The notes: generated by a model from the sequence alone, not told the origin. A stretch of 64,000 bases of DNA from Octopus sinensis (GCF_006345805.1 NC_043006.1:25172001-25236000); one strand, 5' to 3'. Counted from the first letter of the stretch, positions 1 to 13,724 are shown. A program made the numbers and translations.

Positions 1-91
1 TTAATCCTGTAATGTGTTATAGGTAATAATGCAATAGCAGCTGAACTCCCATTATATGTCATAATGACCATTATAAGTGAAAAATCTTTAA

Positions 92-311
92 CCCTTTCGT
101 TACTATATTTATTTTAAGATGCTCTGTGTTTCTTTCAATTACTTTAAATATAACAAAGAATTTAGTAAAATAACTTAGTTATCATTCAGCTAGAGTTAGG
201 AACATAGATTGTGACTAAGGTTTGATGGGAGATTTTAATTCAAAACTTATGAAAACAAGATATTTGTACTCAGAGCCAGAGCCGGTTTCAGGCGGACTGG
301 TAACGAAAGGG
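92..311. mobile_element. piggyBac-type MITE (220 bp)
   Basis: TTAA at 88-91 and 312-315 flanks perfect 12-bp TIRs CCCTTTCGTTAC / GTAACGAAAGGG; no coding capacity. Confidence 0.85.
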
Positions 312-1689
312 TTAAATCTTGTTCCCATCATTCAAAATTGGTTAAATACCTTCCAAAAATACACAACTTGTTCTACACTTTCAGACTAGAAAGCTAGAAC
401 TGACTGTACTTATGCATTTATTATAATTCTAAACTTAATTATTTGCTTTATTTCAATGTTTTCCATGCCTCTTCAAATATAAAAAGTGTTTCTTTTCCAA
501 ATATGTATTTAAGTTCAGTACTGCTATTTATTGCTGTCTACAAGAGAGTTTCTAGACTTCTCATTTCTGAAATCATATTCATATAAACTTAATTACTCTC
601 TATGCACTAATTGTCTATACACTTGAAAATTATCAATAACATCTAGTTCTTCTATAAAAGCAATAACAACACTCAACATTTTTCTAATTCAAATACATTG
701 CAGAGAAGTTTACCTCCAATCTTAATGTGTTTTCTGATGTTTTTTAAATTAAAATGTATTTATATTGAAGAAATTACTGTAAGGTATACCAAAATCAAAG
801 AATTTTCTCAGTATTTAATAGCAACATGTCTAGTAGTTGATCTGGTTTGCACTCAGCTTCTAGGTTTTCTAGCCTTACTCACTTTACTAATCATTCAGGC
901 TTGATATTAACTGCTTCTCTTTTACAAAGACTCTCCTTTGTGTGATGTTCTGAATTTTGGCTCAATGGAGCTTTTTTTGATAAAAAATTTCATCTTTTTG
1001 AAATTAAGATGATGGTTAAGGCAAATTAACAGTTTTATGGCTATAACTTAATAATGTTTACTCAACAATTAGAACTGTATGTTTATCCCTTCCCTTAATC
1101 GTTTATATGAAATATTAAATTTTATTTATAAATAACTACTTTGATCTCTCATTAACCTTTTTTCTTTCTGTTTAGTGCAACAAATTATATATCATTTGAA
1201 ACTCTTAAAATATTTATTTTAATTGGTTGGTTCCACAGAAGATGATATGTAAAAACATTCAATCACATCATTTACATTGAATCTTAATTATACTGATTGT
1301 TTTTCTTTGTCTTTTTTTTCTCCCCATATTTTACTTTCAAATATTACAGTTGAGTACAGATAGTAAATCTTTTTCATATACTATACCAGTTACAGTGTGT
1401 TAATAGTGATTTTAGAAAGATCTGGTTGGTTGAACTTCAGAAAAAGTTGCCTACAGTAATTATTGCTATCGGATGTTTTTGCTAACAAGCATATTAAGAT
1501 AGGCTTGTGTAAAGTATTTATCCAAATACTAAGTTTTAAAAATAATGTACCTTTTATTCATTTTCTTTGTTCTATTACAGTGAAGCCACAATTATCACTC
1601 TATACTAGATATGTTTCTTTATTAGCCACACAGGGCTGCACACAGATGGGACAGATTACAAAGTAGAGCTTTTCTTTTTGGGGGAAAAA

Positions 1690-2110
1690 AAAGTGGGGTA
1701 GGTTTTCGATCAAAAGGGATCGTAAAAGAGAAAGAAGAAAAAAAAAGAAACAAAAGAAACAAAAGAAAAGAAAAAAGGAAAAAAAAGGAAAAAAGGGGAA
1801 AAAAACAATCAATAGGGATCGTGTATCACAGTGTCATGATGTAAGGTGTAAAGGGGGAAGCAGATAAGGTTTATCCATGGGAAGAAAAGCCTACAGAAAA
1901 GACCACGGTAACCTCGGTCAATATTGTTACATGTTACCACATTTGTTTGCAAGTGGGTAACCCTCTGTTTTAAATTTCTGGGTTCATAGGGTTATGCTCA
2001 AGGTGGCTTCGTCATTAATACGTGCCATCCTTGCTACATTCACCCATCTTTTTTTAAAACATTCGCTAGACAAAACTTGCCTCTCTACTCTCACTTTCCT
2101 TTTACATACA
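1690..2110 (-). mobile_element. Possible 3' end of an L1/Tx1-like LINE
   Basis: Minus frame KRKVRVERQVLSSECFKKRWVNVARMARINDEATLSITL* followed by a pyrimidine-rich tail. Family assignment rests on recalled similarity only. Confidence 0.35.
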
Positions 2111-2715
2111 TCTATCCAGTTCCATCTGACATGCCCATCTCACCTCCTCTTAGCACACATACCACACACAAAACCATTTATTTCCAGAATATCAGCTTTG
2201 TGTAACTCCCTTCCTACCCATGTTTTTCTTAACTTATACATGTTAAAACTAAATACCAATAATATGAATTTCCCTAATCACAAAGAGTCTACAAAGGTCA
2301 TAGGATCTGCCTCTTTCTCCTGACTTAAACCATTAAACAACTATAATATAATTACCTACAATACTATGATATATATCAAGTTCTTGTGTGTGTTTTCAAT
2401 GCTGGAATGGGTTGGGTAATATCTACAGTCATGTATTAAAACATCTTGAAATTGTTAAACTTCATTTAGGATGTCAAAAATGTAAAAGCGTTTTAGCAAA
2501 TCATCTGCATATAATTTCCCTGTTCATATCCAAATTAAAATAACTAGGGGATTAATGTGGAATAGTTAGTAGTGTTTTTCATTTTAATTTGTTTTCAATA
2601 TTAATTACTGAATTTGGATATTTACTAGAAAATATATTCAGAGGCAGAAATTGTTAAAAATGAAACAATTACATTAAAATGTGACAATGATGTTTCATAT
2701 ATATATTCCTTTATT

Positions 2716-3085
2716 TTTTTACTTGTTTGGGTATTTGACTGTGGTCATGCTGGAGCACCGCCTTTAGTTAAACAAATTGACCCCAGGACTTATTCTTTGT
2801 AAGCCTAGTACTTATTCTGTTGGTCTCTTTTGCTGAACTGCTAAGTTACAGGGACTAAAACACACCAAATGGTGAAGGTGGGGTACAAGCAGACACAAGC
2901 ACACACACAAATGTATATATATATACATACGATGCGCTTCTTTCAGTTTCCATCTACCAAATCCACTGATAGGGCTTTGGTCAGCCCGAGGCTATAGTAG
3001 AAGACACTTGCCCTAGGTGCCATGCAGCAGGACTGAACCCAGAACCATTTGGTTGGGAAGCAAGCTTCTTACCTCACAGCCGCAT
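2716..3085 (-). mobile_element. SINE family B (tRNA-like head, CORE-like box, internal microsatellite)
   Basis: Same sequence blocks as the 61154-61560 and 36404-36834 copies (cacctagggcaagtgtcttctactatagcc; aagaataagtcctggggtc). Confidence 0.85.
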
Positions 3086-3793
3086 AGCGGAAGCTAATTG
3101 ATCATGGCAAAAAAGTTGATTAGCCTCTCACATATGCAGGCTCTTACAGAAAATATGAAGGAAGCAATAATCAGTCAATTAAATGTATTAATAATCCATG
3201 TATCAAATGTGCACTTTGTTCTGTGTCAAAATCATAGAGTAATCCTTGTAAGATGACAGATGCTATAAAACTCCTGCACAAAAGCAGTTTATGCTGCTTA
3301 GTCAGCAATTATTGAATAAGTGAATGAAATGAATGAAAGAAGCAGTTCTGCACTATACATATTTCAAGAATACATGGAATGTGTATTATACAAATGTCAA
3401 AACTGTTACAAAATATTAACTGTATTGTGATATGTAGTTAATATTAATCACAATTGATGCTTCCTCTCCACATTATAAGTTAAACAATGCATATAACAAG
3501 TAAATCTACTGAGACCACACCCACTTATATCTCAGTAAAGTTGAATTGTGAGGAGAGCACATGATTGGCTGTTTACTTAAATCACTTTCCATTCCCTTTC
3601 TCACAGCCAAAGGATGTATAATGCTTCTATTTTGTTTTTCTATCAATAACCCATTATGGCAAAAGATTTTGCAAAACAAGCAAGGTGCACCCAAAAGTAA
3701 AATTATGTAGCAGTTTTAAATTAGTATTAAATGATACAGGTTCCATGCATTTCTGAAATGTGTAGTGCTTCTTCCTTTCTGTTTATTCACTTG

Positions 3794-3837
3794 TGAGTGA
3801 GTGAGTGAATGAGTGAGTGTGTGTGTGTGTGTGTGTG

Positions 3838-3895
<58 letters not shown>

Positions 3896-3907
3896 ATGTG
3901 TGTGTGT
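3794..3907. repeat. (GAGT)n then (TG)n microsatellite
   Basis: Directly visible; explains the VC/HT-repeat ORFs here. Confidence 0.97.
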
Positions 3908-4581
3908 ACTCACATATGCATACATCCTTCAACCATTTCTTTTATATCTTTGCTTACAGTTTCCAATGCACCAATTATCATTGGCACAACCGTTACAGCT
4001 TCCATATTCCAAATTCTTGCAATTTAAAATTTTATGGAATTGTAAATCCTTTTTTTTCTTTTATGTCTTCTTTCTTTTTGATCCTGAAATCAGATGGACA
4101 TGATGGATCAATTAGTAAACAACTTCACTTCCCTTATCTATTATTGTTATGTCTTGTCTATTATTTTCTAGCTTCCGGTTTGAATGGGAAAGTCCCACAA
4201 AATCTTACAATTCTCTAAGTCCAATTCCATCTGATGTTTATACTATGTGTCTCCAGCTTCAAATCCCCATTTCTGATAAAGTTTCCAGTGTAAAACTTTT
4301 ACAACTTGACCATGCCTCCTTTTCTTATATTTTTCCTGTACCAACTTGGGACATTCTGCAAAAATCCGTGCTACTGTCTCATTCCAAGTTCCACAGACTC
4401 TACATTTTTCTGGCATATTCTACCCATATACATTTTTCCTCAAGTTGTTTGTTTTTATCGCTTAATCTTGGACTGCTACAATTAGGCTCTCTGTGAAACA
4501 CTGGGTTCAATGTAATCGACTATTCTCTTCCTCCAAATTTCAGGCCTTGTGCCTATAGTAGAAAGGATTATTATTATTATT

Positions 4582-5400
4582 CCTTTGTAACACAGTGTAG
4601 ATAAAAATGCATCGGAGTCTTTAGTCATCTGTCAAGTCACAACAAGGACCTCAGGCAGATAATACTTTTCTTAAGATGTGTGCCCAATAAGGCTGCTTTA
4701 TGCAAGACATTAATCTTGCATGGGATTTCCGGTTGCCTTAAGAAGTCTTGAAGTTTCAATGGGATTGAGCCCAACACTCTGATCACCACTGGTATCACTT
4801 TTACATTACCCTCTTGCATTCCATGCAGTCTTGCCATTTTCACTTTCAATTCGGAGTACTTGGTGATTGTTTCAACCTCTTCTCTCACAACATTCATGTC
4901 ATTTGGTATGGCTACATCAATGATCTGACAGTATTTGTCTCTCTTATTCAATATGACAATATCCAGCCAACAGTGTTCGATTACATGATCCATCTGAAAA
5001 TCATAGTCCCAAAGTATCATTACTTTTCCATCCTCCTGGATAACTTGACTTGGTACATGCTCATACCAGTTCTCTGTTACTTCAAATTGGTATTTACGGC
5101 ATAAGAGCCAATGAAGATACACACTCACACATTATCGTGGCAGCGATTGTATTCTTTTTGTGCAAGGCTCTCACATCCACTTACTAAGTGGGTCACATTT
5201 TCCACACTCTTTCCACAGAGTCTGCATTTCTGGGTATCAGAAGTTTTATTGATGTTATACTCCACTGACTTGGTAATGAGAGCCAGGTCTTGTGCAGCAA
5301 TGATCAGGTTTTGGTGGTACACTTCAAATCACCTTGTTTAAGCCATGCCCACAATGCTGTATTATCCTTAACATCCTGTGTATTTACATTATTTACATTT
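4582..5400 (-). mobile_element. 5'-truncated R4/Dong-clade non-LTR retrotransposon (zinc knuckle plus restriction-like endonuclease, 3' end)
   Basis: Frameshifted WLKQGDLK, CRLCGKSVENVTHLVSGC (CCHC), ILWDYDFQMD..DIVIL..IIDVAIP and KY..L..VIPVVI..LG motifs; ends in (AAT)n at 4567-4581. Confidence 0.9.
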
Positions 5401-5432
5401 GACAGATATTTGTCCTCATCTTGTTTGTTGTT

Positions 5433-5478
5433 AACACAATGTTTCAGCTGATATACCCTCCAGCCTTCATCAGGTGTC
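5433..5478 (-). ncRNA. Type I minimal hammerhead-ribozyme motif, decayed
   Basis: Minus strand GACAC-CUGAUGA-A-GGCUG[10 nt]CAGCU-GAAA-C-AUU-GUGUU. Helices I and II pair; helix III has ACAU where a self-complementary ACGU is expected. Confidence 0.7.
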
Positions 5479-5660
5479 TTGGGGAAATGTCGAACCTGGG
5501 TTCTCATTCCTAAGGTATTTTTTGATGTTATCATTATAATGACTCCCAATATTTGGTGACATCCTTTTATATTCTGGGTTCAAATTCCATTATGTTCAGT
5601 TTCAACTTTCATCTATCTGAGGTGTCAGTAACATAAGTACTAGCAATATATGGAATTTTC

Positions 5661-5878
5661 AAGGCAGCAAACTGGCAGAAACATTAGCATGCCAGGCAAA
5701 ATGCTTAGCGTTGTTTCGTCTGTCTTTATGTTTTGAGTTCAAATTCCGCCGAGGTTGACTTTGCCTTTCATCCTTTTGGGGTCAATAAATTAAGTACCAG
5801 TTGTGTACTGGGATCGATCTAATCGACTGGGCCCCTCCCCAAAAATTTCGGGCTTTGTGCCTAAAATAGAAAAGAATA
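5661..5878 (+). mobile_element. SINE family A (tRNA-like head, conserved central box)
   Basis: A-box-like tggcagaaacattag, B-box gagttcaaattcc, central gttgactttgcctttcatcc...gtcaataaattaagtaccag shared with many copies. Confidence 0.88.
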
Positions 5879-7232
5879 TATAGAATTTATAAATTAGTAA
5901 TGCACTTCTCCAACAAATTAAAATATCTCTTAGTTCTAAGATAGCCTTAATGCTATTGTTGTTTATATTTCACATCCTTTAAGCTGATTTTCATAAACTA
6001 ACAAACTTGAGCTTTATTTTATGAGTAACTTTCTTAGGATATTTAGTAGTCTCCAAGAATGCAATCTTCTGCAATTGTTTGGCATGTGATATATCTATGA
6101 ACTGCTCACAATGTTTGTTAGAAGAAAAAGTTATTCATGTGCCAAGTGTTTCAATGACAACTGACTCTTCGTATTTTTGTGTTCGTGTTCTTTTGATTCC
6201 AATCTCCAGATGACAGTATTTGCTAATCTTCTTTTACCTTTGACAAAGTAATAGCATTAATCAAGGCCAGGGCTTCGATTTTTTTGCTCTATTTGTCGTG
6301 ACCTTCATCATCCCATATCATTGTTTGTGTCGCCAATAACATATTAAACAAACATTTGTGTAGACTTGTCAAAACTTTTCTTTTTTGTCATTTAAACATG
6401 TTTTTCTTTAGGCTACTTTTTCAAGTTGTTTTTTACATCAGAATTTATACTTATAATCATCTACAGTTATTGCAAGAAAATATACCCTTACAAATTTGTA
6501 CAAAGTAAGAAATCATCATTTCTTTTACAATTAAAATTCTTATGTCAGATTAAATTTTAATGAATAAATACATTTTTATATTCCCCTGTTTATGTAAGTT
6601 TTTAATAAAGCAGTTTTTATTCAACTAGATTCATTTAATATTATTATAAGATGAAGTTTGTGTTCACCACTTTGTCCTTTAATATATAATTTAATTGCAT
6701 CAGCTTTAAGATGGTGAATCCTAGTCATCCTGTTCGTAGTAAGAAGCTTCCTTAGATTTCTGTCTAGTTATTTTGGTTTTCTGTGGTTTTCAGTCAATAA
6801 TACTAAAACCATATATTGATACTGCTAGATTTGTTGATTAATATTCTTTTAGGAATTCAGTTCAGTCTTACATGAATTCACCTTTATTCATTGACAATAC
6901 CTGTATTCACCTGTATTCATTTGTGATAACTCTTTTCATCCTGGTGTGCTGGGTGACAACTTTATGTTGATTAAGACCCTTTATATTGATTTTTATCACT
7001 GTCTGGATGTTTACAGCTTTAACAAGCTTTCCTGCTTATATTGTCAAACTTAAGACCTTCACATATCAATAAAATATGTACCAGTTAAATACTGGTGTTG
7101 ATTAAATTAATTACATTGTTCTCTAAAAAATGTCTGCCTTTGTGTTTGTATTATAAATTACTGTTGTTAAAAGTTCTTTATGAAACATTGTTATTATTAT
7201 AACACAGAAGATAGCAATAGATTGCTGAATCT

Positions 7233-7450
7233 AAGGTGGCAAGCTGGCAGAATCGTTAACATGCCAGGTGAAATGCTTAGTGGTATTTCATCTGTCTTTA
7301 CATTCTAAGTACAAATTCTGCTGAGGTCATCTTTGCCTTTCATCCTTTTGGGGTTGATAAATTAAGTACCAGTTGAGTACTGGGGTCGATCTAATCAACT
7401 GGCTCCCCTCCCCCAAAATTTCAGACTTTGTGCCTAGAGTAGAAAAGAAT
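7233..7450 (+). mobile_element. SINE family A
   Basis: Colinear with the 5661-5878 copy. Confidence 0.88.
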
Positions 7451-9174
7451 AGATTGCTGTATCTAGTTTTGTCCAGCTTAACTCCAATTTCAGATCTTGC
7501 CCTGATGCACTTTGGCTTAATGATGAGAAAAAGAAATTTATCATCATCAATAACATACCATGTAATTTTATGTTTCAAGTACTCCATATTCTTATTCAAA
7601 TTATTTAAAATTCTCTCTATTCCTTCCAAAAGATATTTTTGTCCACTGCTATGTCTATTAGCAAGCTTTTTTTTTTAATCTTTGGTCCTTAATATGGATG
7701 TCTAAAAGTTTGCCTTTAGCTTCTCCGCTATTATTGATTCTTTCAGCTTCAAACGTTAGTTTTGGTACATATGCTACTATCATGTATATTTGGTATGGCT
7801 ATCACTTTATTTAGCTATTCTTCTGCATGCAATCTAATAACAAACGCAATTGAGGCATAACTATTTTGACAAAGAAGAAGCAGATAAAATAAGGAAGAAC
7901 TACACACCTCAATAATCAGAGTAAACATTTATAGTTTTAAAGAAAAATACTGCTGGGCACAATAGATTTTCCAAAAATGTAAGTTAATCTTTTTATATAT
8001 TTCTATATTGAATCATAAATATAGGAAGAATGATTTAAATTAAAAGGTTTAGTTCTGAGTTTTGCTTCAGCAATTTGGTGTATTGAGTATTTTTAAGAGA
8101 TTATTACTGTTTTCCTATAAGGAAATTGAACACTGGCAATATACTGCCTGTTGGCCATATTTGGTGCATGTATGATCCACAATGTTATATTATTTCAGTT
8201 CTATCTCTATTCTTTCAATTTGTGAAGTGAAGTTACAGCTGCAACTGAAGTTTTTATGATTGACTTTATATGGGTGTGTGATACCCTTCATTCATTTTTC
8301 TTTCCGAGACTTTCATTGTTCTTTTCATAGACTAGTTTCTACTTTAATGAAATATTGAAAATAATATCCAAAACTTTTCTAGCATGTGTGATAAAAACAA
8401 AAAGTTAATCTGAGACTCTAAATAATTTTGTTTTTGTTTTCCAAATTTTTAGAAGTGAAAGCTGAGTTGCTGGCAGTCAGTAAGTCCAAATTCACCCTCA
8501 ACATTTTCTAAACAAAATACTTGATTCTACTTTTCTACATGCTTCTGTTTAACAAGCTGGTGAAAATAATATAAACCTTCTGGAGAGAATACCATTGTCC
8601 CGTTGAAGGATTTGTCGTATTTATGCATCCTAGGACTTTCTCAGTAGCTCAGTGGTATTTTTAGGAAGATTTCTTTTTAACTTTTACCATTTCTTATGAA
8701 CTTCTTTCTGTTTTATGGCTGTTACAGTTTTCCCAAAAGTTAAGACTGGTTAAGCTTTCAGACATTACATACTTTTCTATTAACATAATCTTTCATACTC
8801 ACTTTCAGATATATGGTTGTGTATTGGTCCATGCCGGTGAGTGGAGCCATCTAAGATAGCTACATGTTCAGCCTTCTGTCATTTCACTGATTAATGAATG
8901 TTTTTTTTCTTTATGACTGACTTTTAAAGAACTTAATGTGAACTTTTTAAGACATCAAATCCATTTTTTTTCTTCTGGCTTACTCTTTACAACTTATTAC
9001 TATACAGAGCCATAGCTAGACTTAATGTGGAAGGTCAGTTCTATTGGGTACACAATATTGGACAACTGGGAGACTCGGCACTATTTATTGTTCTACTTCA
9101 TAGATATATTAAGTTAAAGAAAAAATAGTGAGTCTGCTCATGATGGTTGCTAAAGGCTAACTAGCTATGGCTCT

Positions 9175-9254
9175 GTGTGTATGTGTGTGTGTGTGTGTCT
9201 GTGTGTATGTGTGTGCGTGTGTGCATGTGTGTTTGTGTGTGTGCGTGTGTGCAT

Positions 9255-9286
<32 letters not shown>

Positions 9287-9287
9287 T
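9175..9287. repeat. Imperfect (TG)n microsatellite
   Basis: Directly visible. Confidence 0.95.
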
Positions 9288-11204
9288 TTCACTGTATTTG
9301 GTACTACACCCATTTTTCCCAACTGTTTACAGTTCAGTTTCATCAAAAGTCTTATTTAAATTATAACTAACCTTGAATAAACTAGAAGATATTTCAGATA
9401 AATATACTTATAATAGAATGAGATAACTCCAGATTTCTTTGTTCTATATTCTTTTAAAAAAATGTTATTTACCTTATTTATTAGACAATGCAGAAGGATT
9501 CAGCAATGTCAAATTTACATTTCTGTGTATCATAATATTAAAAAAACTGAATTTATAGTTGACTGCTATTGCAATATAATAGGTCAATGTTGTGAACGTA
9601 GAAGCCTGGTAGTGCTAGGTTTGACAGTTCATTTACTTTAATTTGCAGTGTGTTATGCCCATGGCTTTGATTCTCAAATAATATACCCAGATACGTACCA
9701 TGAAAAATTTCATTAAATTGTAATGGTGAATTCACATCCTCAAATGAATAGCTTAGAAACAAAGAAAAGAGAGAGCTCTACCAACTGCTTTATATTATAG
9801 GATGTAAAAACAAATTTTTATAAATGTTGCTCCTGTGATCCAAATGATGGAATTTTTCCATAAAGTATAATTTTACATAACATATCTAAATATAAAAGGT
9901 ACTGAACTGACAGATATAATGAAACATCAGATAAAATGCTTTGCAATATTTATTCCAGTTCACTGTGCTTTTAGTTCAAATCCCACTCAAAATCAACTTT
10001 TCTCCTCTCACTATCAATAAATATAGTACCACTACAGGGTGATTGATTAGTAGATTGTTAGAACATCAGATGAGATGTCTTGAAGTATTTGCTCTAGTAC
10101 TTTGCATTCTGGTTTCAAATTCTGCCAAGGTGCCCAAAGCCAGGTATAATTACCCAACCACAGGAGCAATCCATCTAACCTGCAGTTGTCCAGTGTCAAC
10201 AAGTCAGTCTACAATCAACATAATTAAGCCAACAATGGCAAGCTGAAGCTTATCCAGCAGTGGATTGAAAATGACTGCTTGGAAAGCTTTAAAGATAGTT
10301 CAACTTTATTGAAGATTTGTCTAAAAATAGAAACTACAGTGAAAAATTATATAAATAAGCTTGACTAAGCGAAAGCTATTTTGTAAACATTTACACCAGT
10401 GATAATAATTCTATATGATTCGTTTCAAATAAAATTGAAGGTCTAGATTCAACATTATTTTATAGTAATAGAACCAAAAAAGGAATTGAACAAAAGACTT
10501 TCAACTTGAGTAACAGAATAATGATAATTTTTATAACAAAGACTTTAGTTAAATGCATCATTAAACTTAGTACTGTGCTAAATATAGTTTTTTTCAGTAA
10601 CCAGTTGTGGCTTAGTTAAATCAAAGCTTCTCAATCTGAAACCATTATCTGCTGAGGAGGCTAATTTAGGACTAACACTGAGCATAATTTTACTAAATAG
10701 CTCTTATGTATTTGAATATTAATTTATTAGGTTTATAAAAATGCAGAAATTACCGAAATACTGTGAACACACCTGAATATTTACCCTTATAGTAAAAATT
10801 ATTAAACTCGATTTCAGAAATAATTTCTCCAATCCTGTTGTTTTCATTTTTAGAACTCTTTTTTTTTACTTGTTGTTCTAAAACTAGTTTTTCAAAAGGG
10901 AAAAACCATATTGATTTAAATAACATCAAATCAATTATGTCTGAGTGAATTCAAATCAAAATAGGACTTTAGGAATGCAAAAAAAAAAAGAAAATTATTT
11001 AACATATTTTCAGAACATCAGTCTAGCACTGCTTTAAATGTTAAGGATTAAAGAATAATAATTTCTTTAATTAGGGCTATGTGCAATCAATTTTGTCAAA
11101 CCATTCCATCTTTATTTTAATCTGGACTGGTTACAAGTGTGGATAATTTGCTCAAAACAAATATCCTGAGTGTGTATGGTAAATATATTTTACAATATAT
11201 AAAA

Positions 11205-11420
11205 GAGGCAAGCTAGCAGAATTGTTAACATGCCAGGCAAAATGCTTAGCAGCATTTAATCTTTCTTTACATTCTGAGTCCAAATTCCACTGAGGTCGAC
11301 TTAGCCTTTTATCCTTTTGGGGTCCATGAAATAAGTACCAGTCAAGCACTGGGGTTGATGTAATCAACTTACCCCCACCCCCAAAATTGCTGGCCTTGTC
11401 CCGAAATTTGAAATCAATAT
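11205..11420 (+). mobile_element. SINE family A
   Basis: Colinear with other family A copies. Confidence 0.85.
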
Positions 11421-12367
11421 TTAATTACCGTATATATTTAATTCTGTTATCAAATTCAAAAAGAGATGATAAACTTCTAGTTATTCTGAGTATTTTAATC
11501 CAGAGTATAATTAGCCTGTAAAAGTGTATGTATAACAGCTTTTCCAAAGAAAGTAATTCCATAAATAAATAACTTTAAGTGGTGCATGGCTTATCTGAGA
11601 TTAAATAACCAGTTTTGAGAGATTATTTTTATGAATGCTATAATCTGATCTTGTTTGTTAATTATAATTCAAAAATGTTGATAAATACTAAATCAATATA
11701 TTAAAATTTTAATAACCACAAATATTCTTTGATTAAAATATTTTATTGCTGTTTATTCATTTAACTTGCATGTGTTGCTGTCTAGTTTCATTTGAATAAT
11801 TTAATTTTAAACCAACATTGTCATTATTCTTAAATTATGTTTGGTGTACTTGTAACCTTAGACAACCATCTTGGATAAAAATATGTTATTGGTGCCTAAA
11901 TGCACTACTTTTGAATATAGATTGCATTTCTGTGAAAAATGGGATGTTTATGCTGTACAAGAAATGATAAATAGGATTCTACCAAAGAAAATTATTGTGG
12001 GTCTTTAGAAATTGTGTTTGTGTTTCCTACTCATGAGTAAATTTAGGTATCTACAAACCATTTCTGTATTTTTACATTCTCCATTAGTTCTTTCTTCATC
12101 TTGTTCAATTCTTTCACTTACTCAATCTTTCGCTCCTTCCTCTCCCCCCTTTTTCTCTTCTATTTTTTCTAATATTCTGATAATATCAAATAGCTGACCC
12201 CATGCTTTTTAAATGTTTTAATGTTTTAATCTCTTCATTGTATACAAATACATTTAATCAAAATGTTGTTATCCAATTACTTTCTGTTACAGACAAATTT
12301 CAATTCTTCTTAAACTTTCTATCTTTGACAAGCATAGGGACGTTTTCAGTATTCTGGATTTTATCTA

Positions 12368-13644
12368 TTTGGGCTGAGTAAAAAGTAAGCAAAGTTTTGA
12401 AACATGAAATTCATCACAATATTTTTCAACAATGTGGAAATTTTATTCATCAAAGTAAGTACCATTACAATCAAAGCATTTTTTTCAATGAGTTACAAGT
12501 CTGTTTATTCCAGTAACAAAAATCTGGAGTTCTGGAGCTGACGAACTCTTTGAATGCACTTTCAGCATCGGTTTGATTTTTGAACTCCTCTCGCAGGAGA
12601 CCATCAAGGTGCTTGAAAAAGTGATAGTCAGAGAAAGGTCTGGGGAATAAGCTGGATGGGGAGGAACTTCGTAGCCAAGTTCCCTCAACTTCTGAAGCAT
12701 CATTAGTAAAACGTGTGGTCAAGCATTGTTATGAAGAATGATTGACCCTCTTCTGTCGACCAGTCTGGGATGGATGAGTAGCAGTTTTTCATTCATTTTA
12801 GTAAATTCATGGCAATATGTTTCTGCAGTAATGGTTTTTCCAAGTTTTAAGAAGTTATAGCAGATGAGTCCAGCAGTACACCACCAAACAGTCACCATGG
12901 CCTTCTTTTTGAAGAGCTTGAGTTTAGGGAAAGTTTTCAGTGCTTCATTTTGGTCCAACCACTGTGAAGAATGTTTTTTATTATTGTACAGAGGATCCAT
13001 TTTTCATCGCAAGTTACAATACAGTCAAGAAATGGATCGATTTGGTTACAGAGAAGAAGCAACAAGCAAATTTCATATCTGCACATTTTCTGATTTCCAT
13101 TCAAATCGTGTGGTACCCATTTGTCAAGCTTTTTCGATTTTCCAATCACATGCAAATGGTTTCAGTCAGTTTTCTGATTAACTTGAAGTTCTTTTGCCAG
13201 TTCCTAAGAAGTTTTACATGGATCTTTCTCAATGATGGTCTTTAATTGGCTGTCATTGATGACAGATGGGCATCCACTATACTCACAATCTTCAAGGCTC
13301 AGGTTTTCATTGCAAAATTATTTAAACCATTTTCAAGCTGACCACTCACTGGTCATTTCCTCAAACATTTTGTTGATATCACGAACAGTTTCAGCTGCTT
13401 TACATCCTTTTTTGAAGTTGAATAGCAAAATTGCTCAAATATCATGCTTTGACAGTTCCATTTCAGATTATTGTAACAACAGTGAAAAAATATCAATGTT
13501 ATGTTATTGATGCATGTAGGCAAGTCTATGCCTGTATTATCAGACAATTGCAAAAAAAAATGTTTAAAAAAATTCAAAACTCTTCAAAAATCTGGTACAA
13601 ATTCTTCATGGTTCAAAACGTTGCTTACTTTTTACTCAACCTGA
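12368..13644 (-). mobile_element. Full-length but inactivated mariner (DD34D, Hsmar1/cecropia-like)
   Basis: Imperfect TIRs ttgggctgagtaaaaagtaagcaaagttttga / tcaaaacgttgcttactttttactcaacctga, with TA at 13645-46; about 1.28 kb. Broken transposase with KWVPHDL, CDEKW, VTVWW, ILHNNA and HPAYSPDL. Confidence 0.95.
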
Positions 13645-13724
13645 TATTAGAAAATCAGTTAGAAAAGGCCTTCAATTAAGTATTTAAATTGTCTCAGCAA
13701 ACTTCATTGTAGTTGTAATAATAA

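Noticed and set aside
8558-8656. Exon-like GC-richer segment on the + strand
   Set aside because: All three frames contain stops and the donor is weak.
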